Shown in pieces: positions 17,592 through 28,700 of a stretch of 50,048 nucleotides of DNA. Under the pieces are notes generated by a model. That model was given only the letters and a program-made list of their open reading frames with translations, searched no databases and had not been told where the DNA came from. The DNA lies in IMG/VR virus record IMGVR_UViG_3300027917_000005, positions 1 to 50,048 of that record; one strand, given 5' to 3'. This DNA comes from a virus (Duplodnaviria > Caudoviricetes). How positions within the stretch are numbered: the stretch's first letter is position 1; each line of letters starts with the position of its first letter. The position numbers and the translations under genes were made by a program.

Positions 17592-18248
17592 ATGAAATTA
17601 GAAGCTATCAGGAACGAAGTAGAGAATATAGTGGATGATGCTTCCTTCGATGCTGATACTATAGACGGCTATATCAATGATACTCTTGCATTAGTTGCAG
17701 GTCAAATAAATCTGCCGTCACTCAAGAGGATTGGTACAGTTGATACTGTAGTGAGTCAAGCATATACATCTTTGAATGGTGTCAGCCGAAGCTTTTCTGG
17801 TGTCCTAAGACGGGTTAAAAAAGCGGATGGGTCCGAACCGACAGTCTATCCGGACTTGGAGAGGTTGATGGATGACTACTATGATATGGATGCAGAAGGA
17901 GCTGTTGAAGCAGTAACTCTCGAAGGGTCAGTTCTGTGGTACCAAAAGGTGCCTTCCATTCCTGAGACACTTACTATACTATACTATGAGAACCCCTCAC
18001 CTCTTTTTAAGGATGAAGATGAACCTTCTGACTTTCCAGCCTATCTGCATAGGAAGTTGTTCGTTCATGGAACTGCGTTTATTATCTTTGATAAGATAGA
18101 GGATGGGGTGGAGGGAGAGAAGATTAATGCCAAGAGCCATTACTTTCATTCCCTTGACTCAAGGAATAGAGACTCTGGAATAAATAAGTTAAGGGAGTGG
18201 CTGGCAAGGACAACCCCTCATCACATTAGCAGCGTCTGGAGGTACTAA
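17592..18248 (+). CDS. Head-tail adaptor protein
   Basis: N-terminal helix pair ending in YIN, D-x-P-x-x-P-x-x-x-H C-terminal pattern; position. Confidence 0.6.
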   Translation: MKLEAIRNEVENIVDDASFDADTIDGYINDTLALVAGQINLPSLKRIGTVDTVVSQAYTSLNGVSRSFSGVLRRVKKADGSEPTVYPDLERLMDDYYDMDAEGAVEAVTLEGSVLWYQKVPSIPETLTILYYENPSPLFKDEDEPSDFPAYLHRKLFVHGTAFIIFDKIEDGVEGEKINAKSHYFHSLDSRNRDSGINKLREWLARTTPHHISSVWRY

Positions 18249-19159
18249 TGTCGAAACCTGTGGTATGGCTTAGAGGCGCGAAGGGGCTGAACAATAGAGT
18301 TGATCCTCTTAGGCTGGAGTTTGATCCTGATACAGGTCTTCAGGACCTTGCTGTCGCTGTTAATGTAGATATTGATCATACAGGGAGAATTAGTAGAAGG
18401 AGAGGATGGGAGGCGACTGATATTACTGATCCCTGTCACAGCCTGTTTGCTCATGGGACTACAGCACTATTTGTGACAGGTACTAACTTGTGTGTGCTTG
18501 GAACAGACTTCAGCTATGCAGCCATTAGGACTGTTACTGCTGGTGCAAGGATGAGTTATGCTGTCTTGAATGATAGAATCTTCTATGGCAATGGATTCGA
18601 GACTGGTTATGTACGAGCAGGTGTATCGTATGCCTGGTCTATGCCAAGTAGTGTCCCTGGGGTTAGGAGCCTGAAGGAGTATTCTGATCCGCCTGTTGGG
18701 CATCTGCTGGCATATTACAAAGGAAGAATGTATGTTGTTCAAGGAGATATAGTCTGGTATAGTGAGTCCTTTGGTATCAATCTGTTTAATAGAGCTAGGA
18801 ATTATCTAGCTTTTGATTCGCATCTTCGTATGTTCCACCCAGTCAGAAGAGGAATCTGGATGGGCACACATTTTGAGACTTATTTCTTAGAGGGAGATAC
18901 CCCAAAGAACTTCACACTTCACAGAGTAGCTACATATCCTCCTATATTTGGAACTGATGTTGATATAGATTCTTCTAGAGTTGGTCGTGGAGAGTATAAA
19001 GGGATTGGAGTGATATGGACAAGCAGTGAAGGGATATGCTTAGGTACATCTGAAGGAGAGTTTATTAACCTTACTGAACGGAGACTTACTTACCCTAATG
19101 CTCTTGAAGGCACAGGAATCTACAACGGGTTTAAGTATATCTCTGTACTGGAGCCGTAA
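18248..19159 (+). CDS. Tail nozzle/stabilisation protein (beta-propeller-like)
   Basis: GLNN, NVDID-x-x-G-x-x-x-RR-x-G N-terminal motif, YKGRMYV...VWYSE. Confidence 0.55.
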   Translation: MSKPVVWLRGAKGLNNRVDPLRLEFDPDTGLQDLAVAVNVDIDHTGRISRRRGWEATDITDPCHSLFAHGTTALFVTGTNLCVLGTDFSYAAIRTVTAGARMSYAVLNDRIFYGNGFETGYVRAGVSYAWSMPSSVPGVRSLKEYSDPPVGHLLAYYKGRMYVVQGDIVWYSESFGINLFNRARNYLAFDSHLRMFHPVRRGIWMGTHFETYFLEGDTPKNFTLHRVATYPPIFGTDVDIDSSRVGRGEYKGIGVIWTSSEGICLGTSEGEFINLTERRLTYPNALEGTGIYNGFKYISVLEP

Positions 19160-19160
19160 T

Positions 19161-19646
19161 ATGGCAACAGATAGACTTACATTATGTATAGCCTTGGAGA
19201 CATTAGCTCCTAGTCAGTACTCCAACTATAACTTCAACAGTATGTGCAGATTTGGTTCAAGAGTCCTTGGTGCTAATGAGGATGGTATTTTTATAGTTGG
19301 AGCAGCAGAGAAGGATGGGGAAGAGGATATTAATGCCAGATTCCGTACTCCATTAACTGACTTCAATGCTATCAATCAGAAGAGGCTGCGTAGACTTTAT
19401 GTTGGCTATCAGACTGATGGAAAGCTTGAGGTTAGTGTCAGAGCGGATGAGGGTACTGCTCTGGTTAGAGAACTGCATCCAAGGCATGAGGATGAGCGTC
19501 AGCATAGTCAGAAGGTCTCTATTGGAAGAGATAGGAAGGGAAGGTACTGGGATGTAGAGATCAGTAATGTCAATGGTGCTGACTTTGCTGTGGATGAAAT
19601 AACTGTAATTCCTATTGTTCTTGGCCCAAAACCTGAGGACGCATAA
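19161..19646 (+). CDS. Tail structural protein (resembles C-terminal part of nozzle proteins)
   Basis: TDF...KRLRRLYV...GRYW pattern; ATG after 18248 stop. Confidence 0.5.
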   Translation: MATDRLTLCIALETLAPSQYSNYNFNSMCRFGSRVLGANEDGIFIVGAAEKDGEEDINARFRTPLTDFNAINQKRLRRLYVGYQTDGKLEVSVRADEGTALVRELHPRHEDERQHSQKVSIGRDRKGRYWDVEISNVNGADFAVDEITVIPIVLGPKPEDA

Positions 19647-19657
19647 AGGAGAAACTA

Positions 19658-20398
19658 ATGGCTCTAAAATTTTCAACAGGTTTACGAGATATGCTCAATG
19701 GGCTCCAGGCTGAAGTGGTTGGGGCTATCATTGGAGTTGGCCTGACCTTTGTAGATGGTGGTGGGAGTGATGACAGCATCACTGACAGTGGTAATGGATT
19801 TGTGAGTGCAGGATTTGCCCCTGGCCAGAAGATCTTTGTTCAAGGATCCACCAGCAACGATGGTATATCAGGGACTAGGATTACTACAGTTGCAGCTGGA
19901 GCTATTGGACTACCAACTGGAACAGTTGCAGCCGAGGCTGGTCTTGCAGGAACAGTTGTAGCTGTTGCAGAGGGCGGTTCTCTCAAGGATATTATGAGGG
20001 ATGGGGCTATTCATATTTATTCTGGGTCTCAACCATCTTCACCAGATGATGCTGTGACTGGGAGCCTATTAGTTACTGTCACTGTATCTAGTGGATCCTG
20101 GGCTCATGGAGCATTTGCTAATGGCCTGGAGTTCGAGAACGATCCTCTGGATGGTGAGCTGGAGAAAAACTCTGATGTCTGGTCAGGGGTTGGAGTACAG
20201 GCAGGTACAGCAGGCTGGTTCAGGTTTGTTGCTAATCCTTCTGATGCTGGTGCTATTAGCACTATCCTAGCCAGGATGGATGGAAGTGTAGGAATCTCTG
20301 GAGCAGACCTGAATATGGCTCAGACCCAGATCACTGTGGGGAACACCTATACCATTGATGCTTTCAAGCTGACGTTACCTGAATATTACGGAGCCTAG
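19658..20398 (+). CDS. Virion structural protein
   Basis: Gly-rich beta protein; IYSGSQP...GTAGWFR...DGSVG pattern; AAGGAG RBS. Confidence 0.55.
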   Translation: MALKFSTGLRDMLNGLQAEVVGAIIGVGLTFVDGGGSDDSITDSGNGFVSAGFAPGQKIFVQGSTSNDGISGTRITTVAAGAIGLPTGTVAAEAGLAGTVVAVAEGGSLKDIMRDGAIHIYSGSQPSSPDDAVTGSLLVTVTVSSGSWAHGAFANGLEFENDPLDGELEKNSDVWSGVGVQAGTAGWFRFVANPSDAGAISTILARMDGSVGISGADLNMAQTQITVGNTYTIDAFKLTLPEYYGA

Positions 20399-20401
20399 TA
20401 G

Positions 20402-21241
20402 ATGGCCTTTGATCCGAATGTCTATGATGAGGTAACTGTTCAGGAGTCAGTAACTGCAGAGTTACCTGATGCCCTGGGAATCTCAGTATATGATACCGTA
20501 TCTGTTACTGATTCAGTAGTAATGGGTGGGATCACTCGAAGGATCTCTGTCTATGAATCAGTAGCAGTCACTGAGTATCTTAAAACATTCAGTCTACGTA
20601 TCTATACTGACCCAAGACCTGATCGTAATCCTAGGTGGCCAGTCTGGGAGCTTGAAGCATCTACTCAGACTGTGCTAAGATTCCATCAGCATATGCCTGG
20701 GAGGACGATAGAAGCCCATTCTGGTGCCAATCTTAAATCTACTAGGATTCCAGTGCGGTCTTTGGAAGGGAGCGGTGAATCCCATCCGCTCCTAACCCTA
20801 GACAGTACTATGCCTACATATAGTCTTACAGGTTATCTTGGAGCTAGATTAAATAAGATCATACCATGCTGCAGATTTGAGGGGACATTTGTAGATTTTG
20901 TAATTGTCCGTCTAGAGAAGACTGCGCCTGGATGGGAAATTGATGCAGCAATGATCATTGAGGTTGATCTTAGAGTCAGCTCTAGGATTCCAAGATGGAA
21001 AGTTGCAGCAACTCTTAGCTCAGAGGATACTGCCTCAGTTAACAAGAGAATACCTTACTGGACAGTAACTTCAACACTCTTAGCTGGACTAGATATGGAA
21101 ACTGATGGGAAGGTTCCAGTGAGAGCAATAGATGCTTCAGTGTATTCTGATGGGATGATACTGGATACTAATATACCAATCAGAGATTTATCTGATGCCT
21201 CTGCAGCTGATCGCAGTCGGTTTACAGGTATTGTTCTATGA
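20402..21241 (+). CDS. Structural protein with three N-terminal fibre-type repeats and a second C-terminal repeat type
   Basis: VYDEVTVQESV / ISVYDTVSVTDSV / ISVYESVAVTE then ~22-aa repeats with IP-x-W/R. Confidence 0.6.
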   Translation: MAFDPNVYDEVTVQESVTAELPDALGISVYDTVSVTDSVVMGGITRRISVYESVAVTEYLKTFSLRIYTDPRPDRNPRWPVWELEASTQTVLRFHQHMPGRTIEAHSGANLKSTRIPVRSLEGSGESHPLLTLDSTMPTYSLTGYLGARLNKIIPCCRFEGTFVDFVIVRLEKTAPGWEIDAAMIIEVDLRVSSRIPRWKVAATLSSEDTASVNKRIPYWTVTSTLLAGLDMETDGKVPVRAIDASVYSDGMILDTNIPIRDLSDASAADRSRFTGIVL

Positions 21242-22884
21242 CTAAGCTTCTTTACCATGAAGTAGCCCCACATACTGGACACAATCTTGATGGATTCGAT
21301 CCTGTTACCTCTCCTATAGAATCTGAGGTAAGATTCAGGGGTTGTATAGTACGCTCAGCAGGTGGGGGAATAGTAAATGCTATGCAGTATGCAGGGCAGG
21401 CCTATGCTTTACTACAAAAGCAAAAGCTCCTAGTTGGTGAAGATCAAGATGTTGTTGTAACAAGTAGATCATTTCCATGGGCTGCCTATACAGTCCAAAG
21501 CATAGCTGGAGTTGACATAATAACAATCTGGACTCCTCCCCCAGAGTATGTACCTCCAGAGCCTGAGCCTGAACCAAAGATAGTTAGTGAGATAGAGGAG
21601 TTTCTTGCTTGGGATTTAATAGGGTCTATAGAAATATTCAGTCTTGAATACGCAGAAATGATACCTTACGAGTATATGCTGATTGAGGATGTAAGAACCT
21701 TAAAGATTGCAGATCGTCTTCCTAATCCTTATGTTATGACTACTGCTATGGCTCTTGTAGGTGCTGCTAGTTTTCCTACTCCGCTCAGGTTTAAAGAGTT
21801 AGTTCCAGTTGTACCACTTCAGCGTGAGGGCTTAAGGACCTTCTATCCACACCATCTGGGATATAGCCTATACGAGTGGAATAAGTTCAACATCTTCTCC
21901 CAGCTTCATGCTCCTGATATAGATCCCTGGGGAATATTTCGTCCTTGTATACAAAACTGGGGATCTGAGGAGAATCCAGTGAAGGGCCCAGGTATAGCCC
22001 GTGTTGCGGAGAATATAGATACGACTACTTTAGAGTGGCCAGCAGGTTATATGGCAGAAAGTATGTACTGGATAGAATGCTGCACTTCAGGTAGGAATGT
22101 AATAATTTGGGATGCTACTGCCTGGGCGTGTCCTGCAGGAGTTACCTGTACTTGGTGTGCAATAAATGTTATAATGCCAGCTCTAGGTCCTAACTCTGGT
22201 ACGTGGATAGGCTCATGGGACACAATAACTATTGGCATCTGGCATCCACAGGCGATAGAACGTGGAGATGGAGAATTTGTATTTGAGCTTGATGATCCTG
22301 AAGTACCTTATGTCAAGCTTGCCTATACATCAGAAGATAGATTTGCCTATGGAGCCACCTCTGAGGATGGAAGACTTTCATGTACCTGTTACCAACTTAC
22401 CCATGATTGGACTGAAGATTGGGAGGTGAGAGAATATTTTATACTATGCAAGGCTGAAGGATCAGAGTATTTGTATAAGGCCTTTGAGGATCACACTTAC
22501 AGTGAATCTGAGAGAATGGATAAGCAGGGTGCTATAAGAGAGTGTACTATATATGAATCAGGGAGCAGAGCTTACTTCCTATTCACCACTGTAAGGAAGG
22601 AGTTTCCCTGGGATGGGGATCACAACGAGCAATACTTCCTTCAGTATCATGTTATAACCTTTTATGATAAAGAATTCGTGCATTATCAGAGTCGTGAACT
22701 TCAAGGTTCCTTGGAGTCTTATCCTGATCCTCCTCCTGGATCAGTTCCAAGTGAGGACGGGGTAACTGGTGAGGGATTAGTACCCTACACTTTCAGAGAT
22801 CCAATTACTGGTGCGGATATAACTAAATATAATCCAGGAACATTCAGGTTAGTTAGAAGAATACCTACTGGTATGTCTTTCTAA
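21238..22884 (+). CDS. Hypothetical tail-associated protein
   Basis: 548-aa ORF in tail region; Pro/Glu linker after N-terminal domain. Confidence 0.55.
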   Translation: MTKLLYHEVAPHTGHNLDGFDPVTSPIESEVRFRGCIVRSAGGGIVNAMQYAGQAYALLQKQKLLVGEDQDVVVTSRSFPWAAYTVQSIAGVDIITIWTPPPEYVPPEPEPEPKIVSEIEEFLAWDLIGSIEIFSLEYAEMIPYEYMLIEDVRTLKIADRLPNPYVMTTAMALVGAASFPTPLRFKELVPVVPLQREGLRTFYPHHLGYSLYEWNKFNIFSQLHAPDIDPWGIFRPCIQNWGSEENPVKGPGIARVAENIDTTTLEWPAGYMAESMYWIECCTSGRNVIIWDATAWACPAGVTCTWCAINVIMPALGPNSGTWIGSWDTITIGIWHPQAIERGDGEFVFELDDPEVPYVKLAYTSEDRFAYGATSEDGRLSCTCYQLTHDWTEDWEVREYFILCKAEGSEYLYKAFEDHTYSESERMDKQGAIRECTIYESGSRAYFLFTTVRKEFPWDGDHNEQYFLQYHVITFYDKEFVHYQSRELQGSLESYPDPPPGSVPSEDGVTGEGLVPYTFRDPITGADITKYNPGTFRLVRRIPTGMSF

Positions 22885-22894
22885 AGGAGGAAAC

Positions 22895-24829
22895 ATGGCC
22901 ACAACTGATACTACTGATATTCTAGCAATATTACAAGCTGTGTTAGATGCTGCTGCATTGTCTAGAGAGGAGGCATATGCTGCAATGGCTGAAATGATGG
23001 ACTATATACAGAATTTGCCTCCTTCAGAGGGAATAAGCCCAGAAACTGATCCTCCTTCAGAGGCAGCAGCAAGTCTTAACGCTCTTTCTCTTACATTTCC
23101 TGGGTCTCCTCTTGTCAGAGATACTCAGATGGCTAGTGTTCCATTCACTCAACCTATTCCAGATTTCACTGAGCCTATCATAGATGATTCTGATCCTCCT
23201 CCATTCAATGTTCCAGATCCTGGGTTCCAGATTCCTCCTCCTCCTAATGTCGACTGGCCTATATATACTGAGACCCCTCCGAGTCTAGATACCGTGGAGA
23301 TTCCAGGTGCTCCTTCAATTGAGCTTCCTGTAATACCAGATATATCTGATATATCAGTTCCATCTCCTCCAAACTATAACATTCCAGATTTTGAGGGAGA
23401 GCTTCCTGTAGATGATCTGACTCCTCCTACTCCTACGTTTTCGTGGAGTGAAGAATTATACAACAGTGCACTTAAGCAGCGACTCTCATCTCATCTCTAT
23501 GATCAGCTAGTTGCAGGAGGTACTGGATTAAATGAGGAAACTGAGCAGGCTATCTATGATAGGGCAGTATCTCGATTGAGAGAGAAAGAAGAGGAGTTGG
23601 TTATTGAGGCTACTGACTACTTCGCAGCCAGAGGATTTACATTGCCTCCAGGAGTATTAAGTGGCAGGTTGCTAGAGATAAACAATGTCATACTACAATC
23701 AAGGGAGGATCTTAACAACGATATCTTAGTACAGCAAAGTAACCTTGCCCAGAAGAATACCCACTTTACTATTGATCAGTCGAGACAATGGGAGAATACT
23801 CTAATAGCGTTTCATAATCAGGTACAGCAGAGAACATTTGATGCTGCAAAGTTCACTCTTGAAGCTGCTCTCCTAGTATATGCAAACAGAGTAGAAGCAT
23901 ATAAGGCAAGATTACAAGCCTATAGAGCTCAGGCTGACATCTACGTAGCTCGTATTCAGGGAGAGGCTGCCAAGGCAGAGTTCTACAAGGCTCAGATAGC
24001 TGGAGTGCAAGCATCTGTTGAAGTTAAGAAGGCTCTAGTAGATGCCTATACTGCTCAAGTAAACGGCCTACAGGCTCTGATGCAGCTCTATAGGACTGAG
24101 ATGGAAGGTGCTCGTATCCACTCTGAGATTGAGAGAAACAAGATAGAAAACTTCAGAGCTCTTGTCCAAGCCTACGTTGCTCGTGTAGAAGCAGCCACCT
24201 CCAGATATGAAGGGTATAAGGCACAGATTGAAGGTGAGAAGGCCAAGGCTGATTACTACCAGTCACGTGTCCAAGGCTACACGAGTATGGTACAAGCATA
24301 TAAGGCTAGAGCTGATATTGATATTGCAAGAGCTACAGCTCTGGTAGAGTTTAACAAGGCACAAGTAGCAATCTATGAAGCAGCAGTTAGAAAGTATGCA
24401 ACTGACGTAGAGTATGCTTATAGATCTGCTGACACTATAATTAAGGTAGATGGATTGAGAGTAAACGTATTCAGTACAGAGGGGCAGATATATGGGTCTG
24501 AACTTGATGCTGCTGCTCGTGAGTTTGCAGCTAGAATACAGCAACTAATTGCTGAGATAGAAGCAGCAGTAAGAAGATATGATATTGCTACAAGAGCACA
24601 GGAAACTAATCTGGAGCAAGTACAGGAAACTGCCAGAACTATGGCTAGGACGGCAGCGCAAGTAAATGCTGCTGCTATAAGTACAGTGACTAGCTCGACT
24701 CATCATGGCTATAATTGGACAACAGCCTCATCTAAGGTTGAGTCTGAGGTAAAAAGTAGCGTGACACAGGATATAACACAAAATCACTGGCTATGGCAGT
24801 ACATCCATACTTTTGAAGAAGGTACTTAA
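22895..24829 (+). CDS. Pro-rich plus long helical virion protein
   Basis: Pro/Asp-rich N-terminal third then Ala/Tyr periodic coiled coil; AAGGAGG RBS. Confidence 0.6.
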   Translation: MATTDTTDILAILQAVLDAAALSREEAYAAMAEMMDYIQNLPPSEGISPETDPPSEAAASLNALSLTFPGSPLVRDTQMASVPFTQPIPDFTEPIIDDSDPPPFNVPDPGFQIPPPPNVDWPIYTETPPSLDTVEIPGAPSIELPVIPDISDISVPSPPNYNIPDFEGELPVDDLTPPTPTFSWSEELYNSALKQRLSSHLYDQLVAGGTGLNEETEQAIYDRAVSRLREKEEELVIEATDYFAARGFTLPPGVLSGRLLEINNVILQSREDLNNDILVQQSNLAQKNTHFTIDQSRQWENTLIAFHNQVQQRTFDAAKFTLEAALLVYANRVEAYKARLQAYRAQADIYVARIQGEAAKAEFYKAQIAGVQASVEVKKALVDAYTAQVNGLQALMQLYRTEMEGARIHSEIERNKIENFRALVQAYVARVEAATSRYEGYKAQIEGEKAKADYYQSRVQGYTSMVQAYKARADIDIARATALVEFNKAQVAIYEAAVRKYATDVEYAYRSADTIIKVDGLRVNVFSTEGQIYGSELDAAAREFAARIQQLIAEIEAAVRRYDIATRAQETNLEQVQETARTMARTAAQVNAAAISTVTSSTHHGYNWTTASSKVESEVKSSVTQDITQNHWLWQYIHTFEEGT

Positions 24830-24849
24830 CAGATGTATAGGAGGAGATA

Positions 24850-25695
24850 ATGAAGTCCTACTTTGAAGACAATCCCTGGTTGGCAGGGGAGCTAGGTTTC
24901 CGTGACTTAAGCGAAATTCTTGGAAAAGGAGGAGGAGTAGGGGCACTGACTGAGAATGAGACAATTCGAGGTCTTGGAACTTCTAGTATAAGAGCACTCA
25001 TGAAGGACTGGACTTCTAAAGGAGACTACTGGTCTGGAACTCATCCAGGACTGAAAATAGAACCAGGGAAGAGAGTAGTCGCTCCTTCTGGCGGGGCCGT
25101 TCCTGAGAAGGCAGCCCAGCCTCGTTATGCTGCAGAGACGCACCCCGCAGCTATCAGAGATGTGACAACTGGACTGCTCCGTATCCCTACTAAGCGTGAA
25201 GATTTAATAGAGTCTCTACGAGTGATGAGCGGAAATCAAACAGTTTCCCCAAGACAATACTTCAATCCTCATACAGGCATTAACTACCCAAATATTCTTG
25301 AAGGTATGTGGGGAGGGATTCCCAAGACTGATCCTGAGAGGATCAAGGCTCAGGCAGATATTGCAACAGCTGGTATAGGTGCTGGCTTTCAGAAGGACTT
25401 AGTAGGTCAATTACAACAGGCAATCAAAGATCTTAGTCCCACTGATACCACAACTAGTACTACAGCTCCTCCTGCTGAAGTGGCTAGACCTGGTGGTTAT
25501 GCAATGTCAGCAGCTGAACGAGCAAAACTTGGTACCTTCGAAACTCCAGAACCACCAGAGAATGAGCCTACAGATTACAGCGAGGAGATACTAGAAGAAA
25601 TAGCAGCCCAGACCAACCTCAGGCGTTACAATGAAGAGGAGCGAAGGCGCAAGAAAAGATTAGCAGAATGGCCAGCTTATCTTGAAGGATTCTAA
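24850..25695 (+). CDS. Putative internal virion (ejection) protein
   Basis: Position before the largest ORF; AGGAGGAG RBS. Confidence 0.5.
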   Translation: MKSYFEDNPWLAGELGFRDLSEILGKGGGVGALTENETIRGLGTSSIRALMKDWTSKGDYWSGTHPGLKIEPGKRVVAPSGGAVPEKAAQPRYAAETHPAAIRDVTTGLLRIPTKREDLIESLRVMSGNQTVSPRQYFNPHTGINYPNILEGMWGGIPKTDPERIKAQADIATAGIGAGFQKDLVGQLQQAIKDLSPTDTTTSTTAPPAEVARPGGYAMSAAERAKLGTFETPEPPENEPTDYSEEILEEIAAQTNLRRYNEEERRRKKRLAEWPAYLEGF

Positions 25696-25699
25696 GTGA

Positions 25700-25720
25700 A
25701 AATGTCAATTATTGACGTTT
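25700..25720. repeat. Dispersed palindromic site, copy 5 of 9
   Basis: AAATGTCAA-TTA-TTGACGTTT. Confidence 0.92.
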
Positions 25721-25741
25721 CTTAGTAGTAGTGGAGGTGAA

Positions 25742-28700
25742 ATGGCAAGTAGTGCATTCGGAGTATATCTAGGAATGTTGATGGGCGAGTTACAGGAACG
25801 CCAAAAAGCAGAAGCGGAGAAAGTCAAGCTTCTGGGCGATCCTGAGAAGTCGGACAAACTCGTAGCCTCTTTTGCAAAGGTACTGTCTCCAGTAAAGAGG
25901 GCTCCAGCTAAGGGGAAGTTTGCTCTTGAGACTGAGGGTCTGGATTATGTTATCCCATCTGATCATCCTATGAAGGGATACGGCCTCCAGCTTCGGGAGA
26001 AATTTACTCAAGCCCTTGCTGATCCTAGGTATCGTGGTGAGCGGGCACATAAGATTCTTAAGGGCCTAGCAGAGGGTATGTACACTGCTAAGGATCCAAC
26101 AACCGGAGAGTCCAGATACACTGAATCACTACGATATAAGCATATGGCAGACACCTCTCTATTTCAAATTGGAGATGATGAGAGGTTTACTAAGCCACCT
26201 TTATATGATCAGTACAGGACAGCTGTAAAAGAAGAGTTCAAGAAGGCTGCAGCAAAGGAGGACTGGTTTGCAAGCCCGAGAGATATAGCTACATCAGCAG
26301 GGGCCTTTGGTGCTATAACTGCTCTCCCTCTCAGCATAACTGGTCCAGCATCTGGGGCTGCGGGGTTTGTCACTGGTGCAGTTACAGGTGCATTAGTTGA
26401 GACTTTGGCTCATCCATTAAGGAAGTTTGTGCATAGTACTGAATGGGGACAGACCAGGATGCACTCTGACAAACTTCTAGATAAGGCTAAGGTACTAGGA
26501 GTTGATTTAGCCCTGGAGCTGCCAGCAGTTGTTAGGGGTGAGGCAGTTGCTAGAAGGCTGTTCACTATTCCTAGACTTGCTGCAAGACAAATGGTTGCCT
26601 CTCCGACTGCTGCAAATGTGCTTAATATGTCTAGGCTCACAGCAGCGGCTAAGGCTGGAGCTACGTCTGAGGAACTGGCTACTATGCTGTCTGGTGCAGT
26701 TAAAGCGAAGTATGACTTGGGCCTTGGAGTTGATAGCTTTAAAGAAGCTCTTGCAGTTCTTAAGAGTGGTTTCTCTCCGAGGATAGGTGGTGCTGCTGAT
26801 CCAAGGAGAATACTGTTTAAGGCACTTGATCGTCCCCCACTGTCAAGACCTAGAGGTACTACAACTGGACTAGGCCCAACTCCTGAAATATCAGCAGAGG
26901 TAGGAATGGCAGAAGAAGCTGCATACAGAGGACAGAGGGAGATACTGGATATCACTGGAAGTGATATGACTCATGAGCAGGTTTACAAGGCATTTAGTGG
27001 ACTTGACGATGTAGGATTAGAGGAGGCATTGAATAATCCTAGTGGTATCCGAGTAGGTACTCTCCACGCAGCAGATAGACAATCTGCTAGAGAGCTAGTC
27101 ACTGGTGTTACTCCTACCACTGTAGCTGAAAAGGTTTCCGCACTTCGTGCTGCCAGAGTTGAAAAGACTCAGGCCAAGTCTGGAGTAAAGGTACTTGACA
27201 GAATGGAGGAGGAGATTGGGAAGATAGAGGCTTGGTCTGAGAGGCAGGCTGAGAAGTTTCCAGAGAAAGCAGAGGAGATTAGGGGCAGGACAGCAGAACT
27301 TGTCACTAAGACAAGGGAGCTTCATGCTCAGACTGCTGCTGCACTTGGGGAAGTGGCTACTCCAGATAATGCCTTTAAGGTTAAGAATCTTGCTCTGCTT
27401 ATCAGGAAGCGAGAAGCCTTAAAGGACCAGATTCGTCAGAGTGTTTCTTTGCAAGCTAGACACAGAGAAGGACAGATGGTAACCCTTGCAGATAGGGCAA
27501 AGCTTGGTTCTATCCAAGCAGAAGTGGATAAGTTGAATAGATATATAAGATCTATTGAGCTTGAGCTTGATCCTGCATCTAGTGAAGTAGTTAAGAGAGG
27601 GACTGGTGTATCTGCTGGAGAGCTGGATCATGGAAATGCCAGAGCTGCTTTGTCAGAGGTTCAGAAAGAAGCCTACGATGCTGCTGTTTACTCACTTAGT
27701 CAGGGGGAGGGTGGCCTTCTAAAGAACGATCCTGAGGCGGTGAAGAAGCTGCTTGGACGTAGGGTTACTTACGCAGGACCAAGAGAAGCTGAGAAGCTCC
27801 TAACCAGTGAATCTAAGAAGGTTCAGGAGAAGCTTGCTGCAATGTATAAGGTTGACCCAGAGAAGACCCCTGCTGCCATTACTAAGGAGATGGAGGGACT
27901 TAGTCATCAGGAGGCCTATGATGCTGTAGATGAGCTGCATGAGAGGCTCTGGACAAAGTATTTTCCTGATCGTCCGTATACTGAAGTTCCTACAGAGGCA
28001 GTTGTTGAGATACCTGAGGGTCCTCTGACAGTCAAGATGACTGGAGAAGAGGTGCTGACAAAATATGCAGACACCTCTGAACTGTATGCTAAGATGTCTG
28101 CAAAGGAGAATGCTGCTTTAGATGCAGCAATAGCTGTTGAAGAGAAGAAGGCTATAGCAGAGGGAATAGTTTCTCCTGGTGAGAGAGTTCCAGGGATAAC
28201 TAGTCTGGAGCATTATAAGAGGATTAGGACAGGAAAGGATTTGTTTACTGAACATACTGGCTGGAGACCTGTACCAGCAGGAGCAAAGGAAGCAGAGGCT
28301 GCAGCTGCTCTTGAGGGCAAGTATCTTCCTATTACAAGAGATGATGCTTATGCACTTGTTAAAGAGATAGGAACGAAGCATACTGCTGGAGACATCGGTA
28401 ATGAGGAAGCTCTACATATGATGATCCAGTTGGATGAGGCAATTGCTGGATCAAGGAATATATCTGATATAGACAAGATGCTTCTAAGAGAAGGTATAGT
28501 GACTGGTAGAGATTTCACTGGACCAACAGCTGCTCTACCTACTTCCACAGGTGTTATAATATCACAGCTAAAGAAGAGAATATCTCTAATATCTTTCTTT
28601 GCTGCCCTTGGTCTGAGTCCTGCCTTATTCAATCTCTTCTCTCCAAGGGAAGCAGAGGCAGGTGTTATTAGCTCAGCAGCCAAGGCCGTTCCTACAGCAA

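Noticed and set aside
2560-25741. ORF-track TTG starts at 2560 and 25712
   Set aside because: They fall inside the palindrome; ATGs at 2587 and 25742 have strong RBSs
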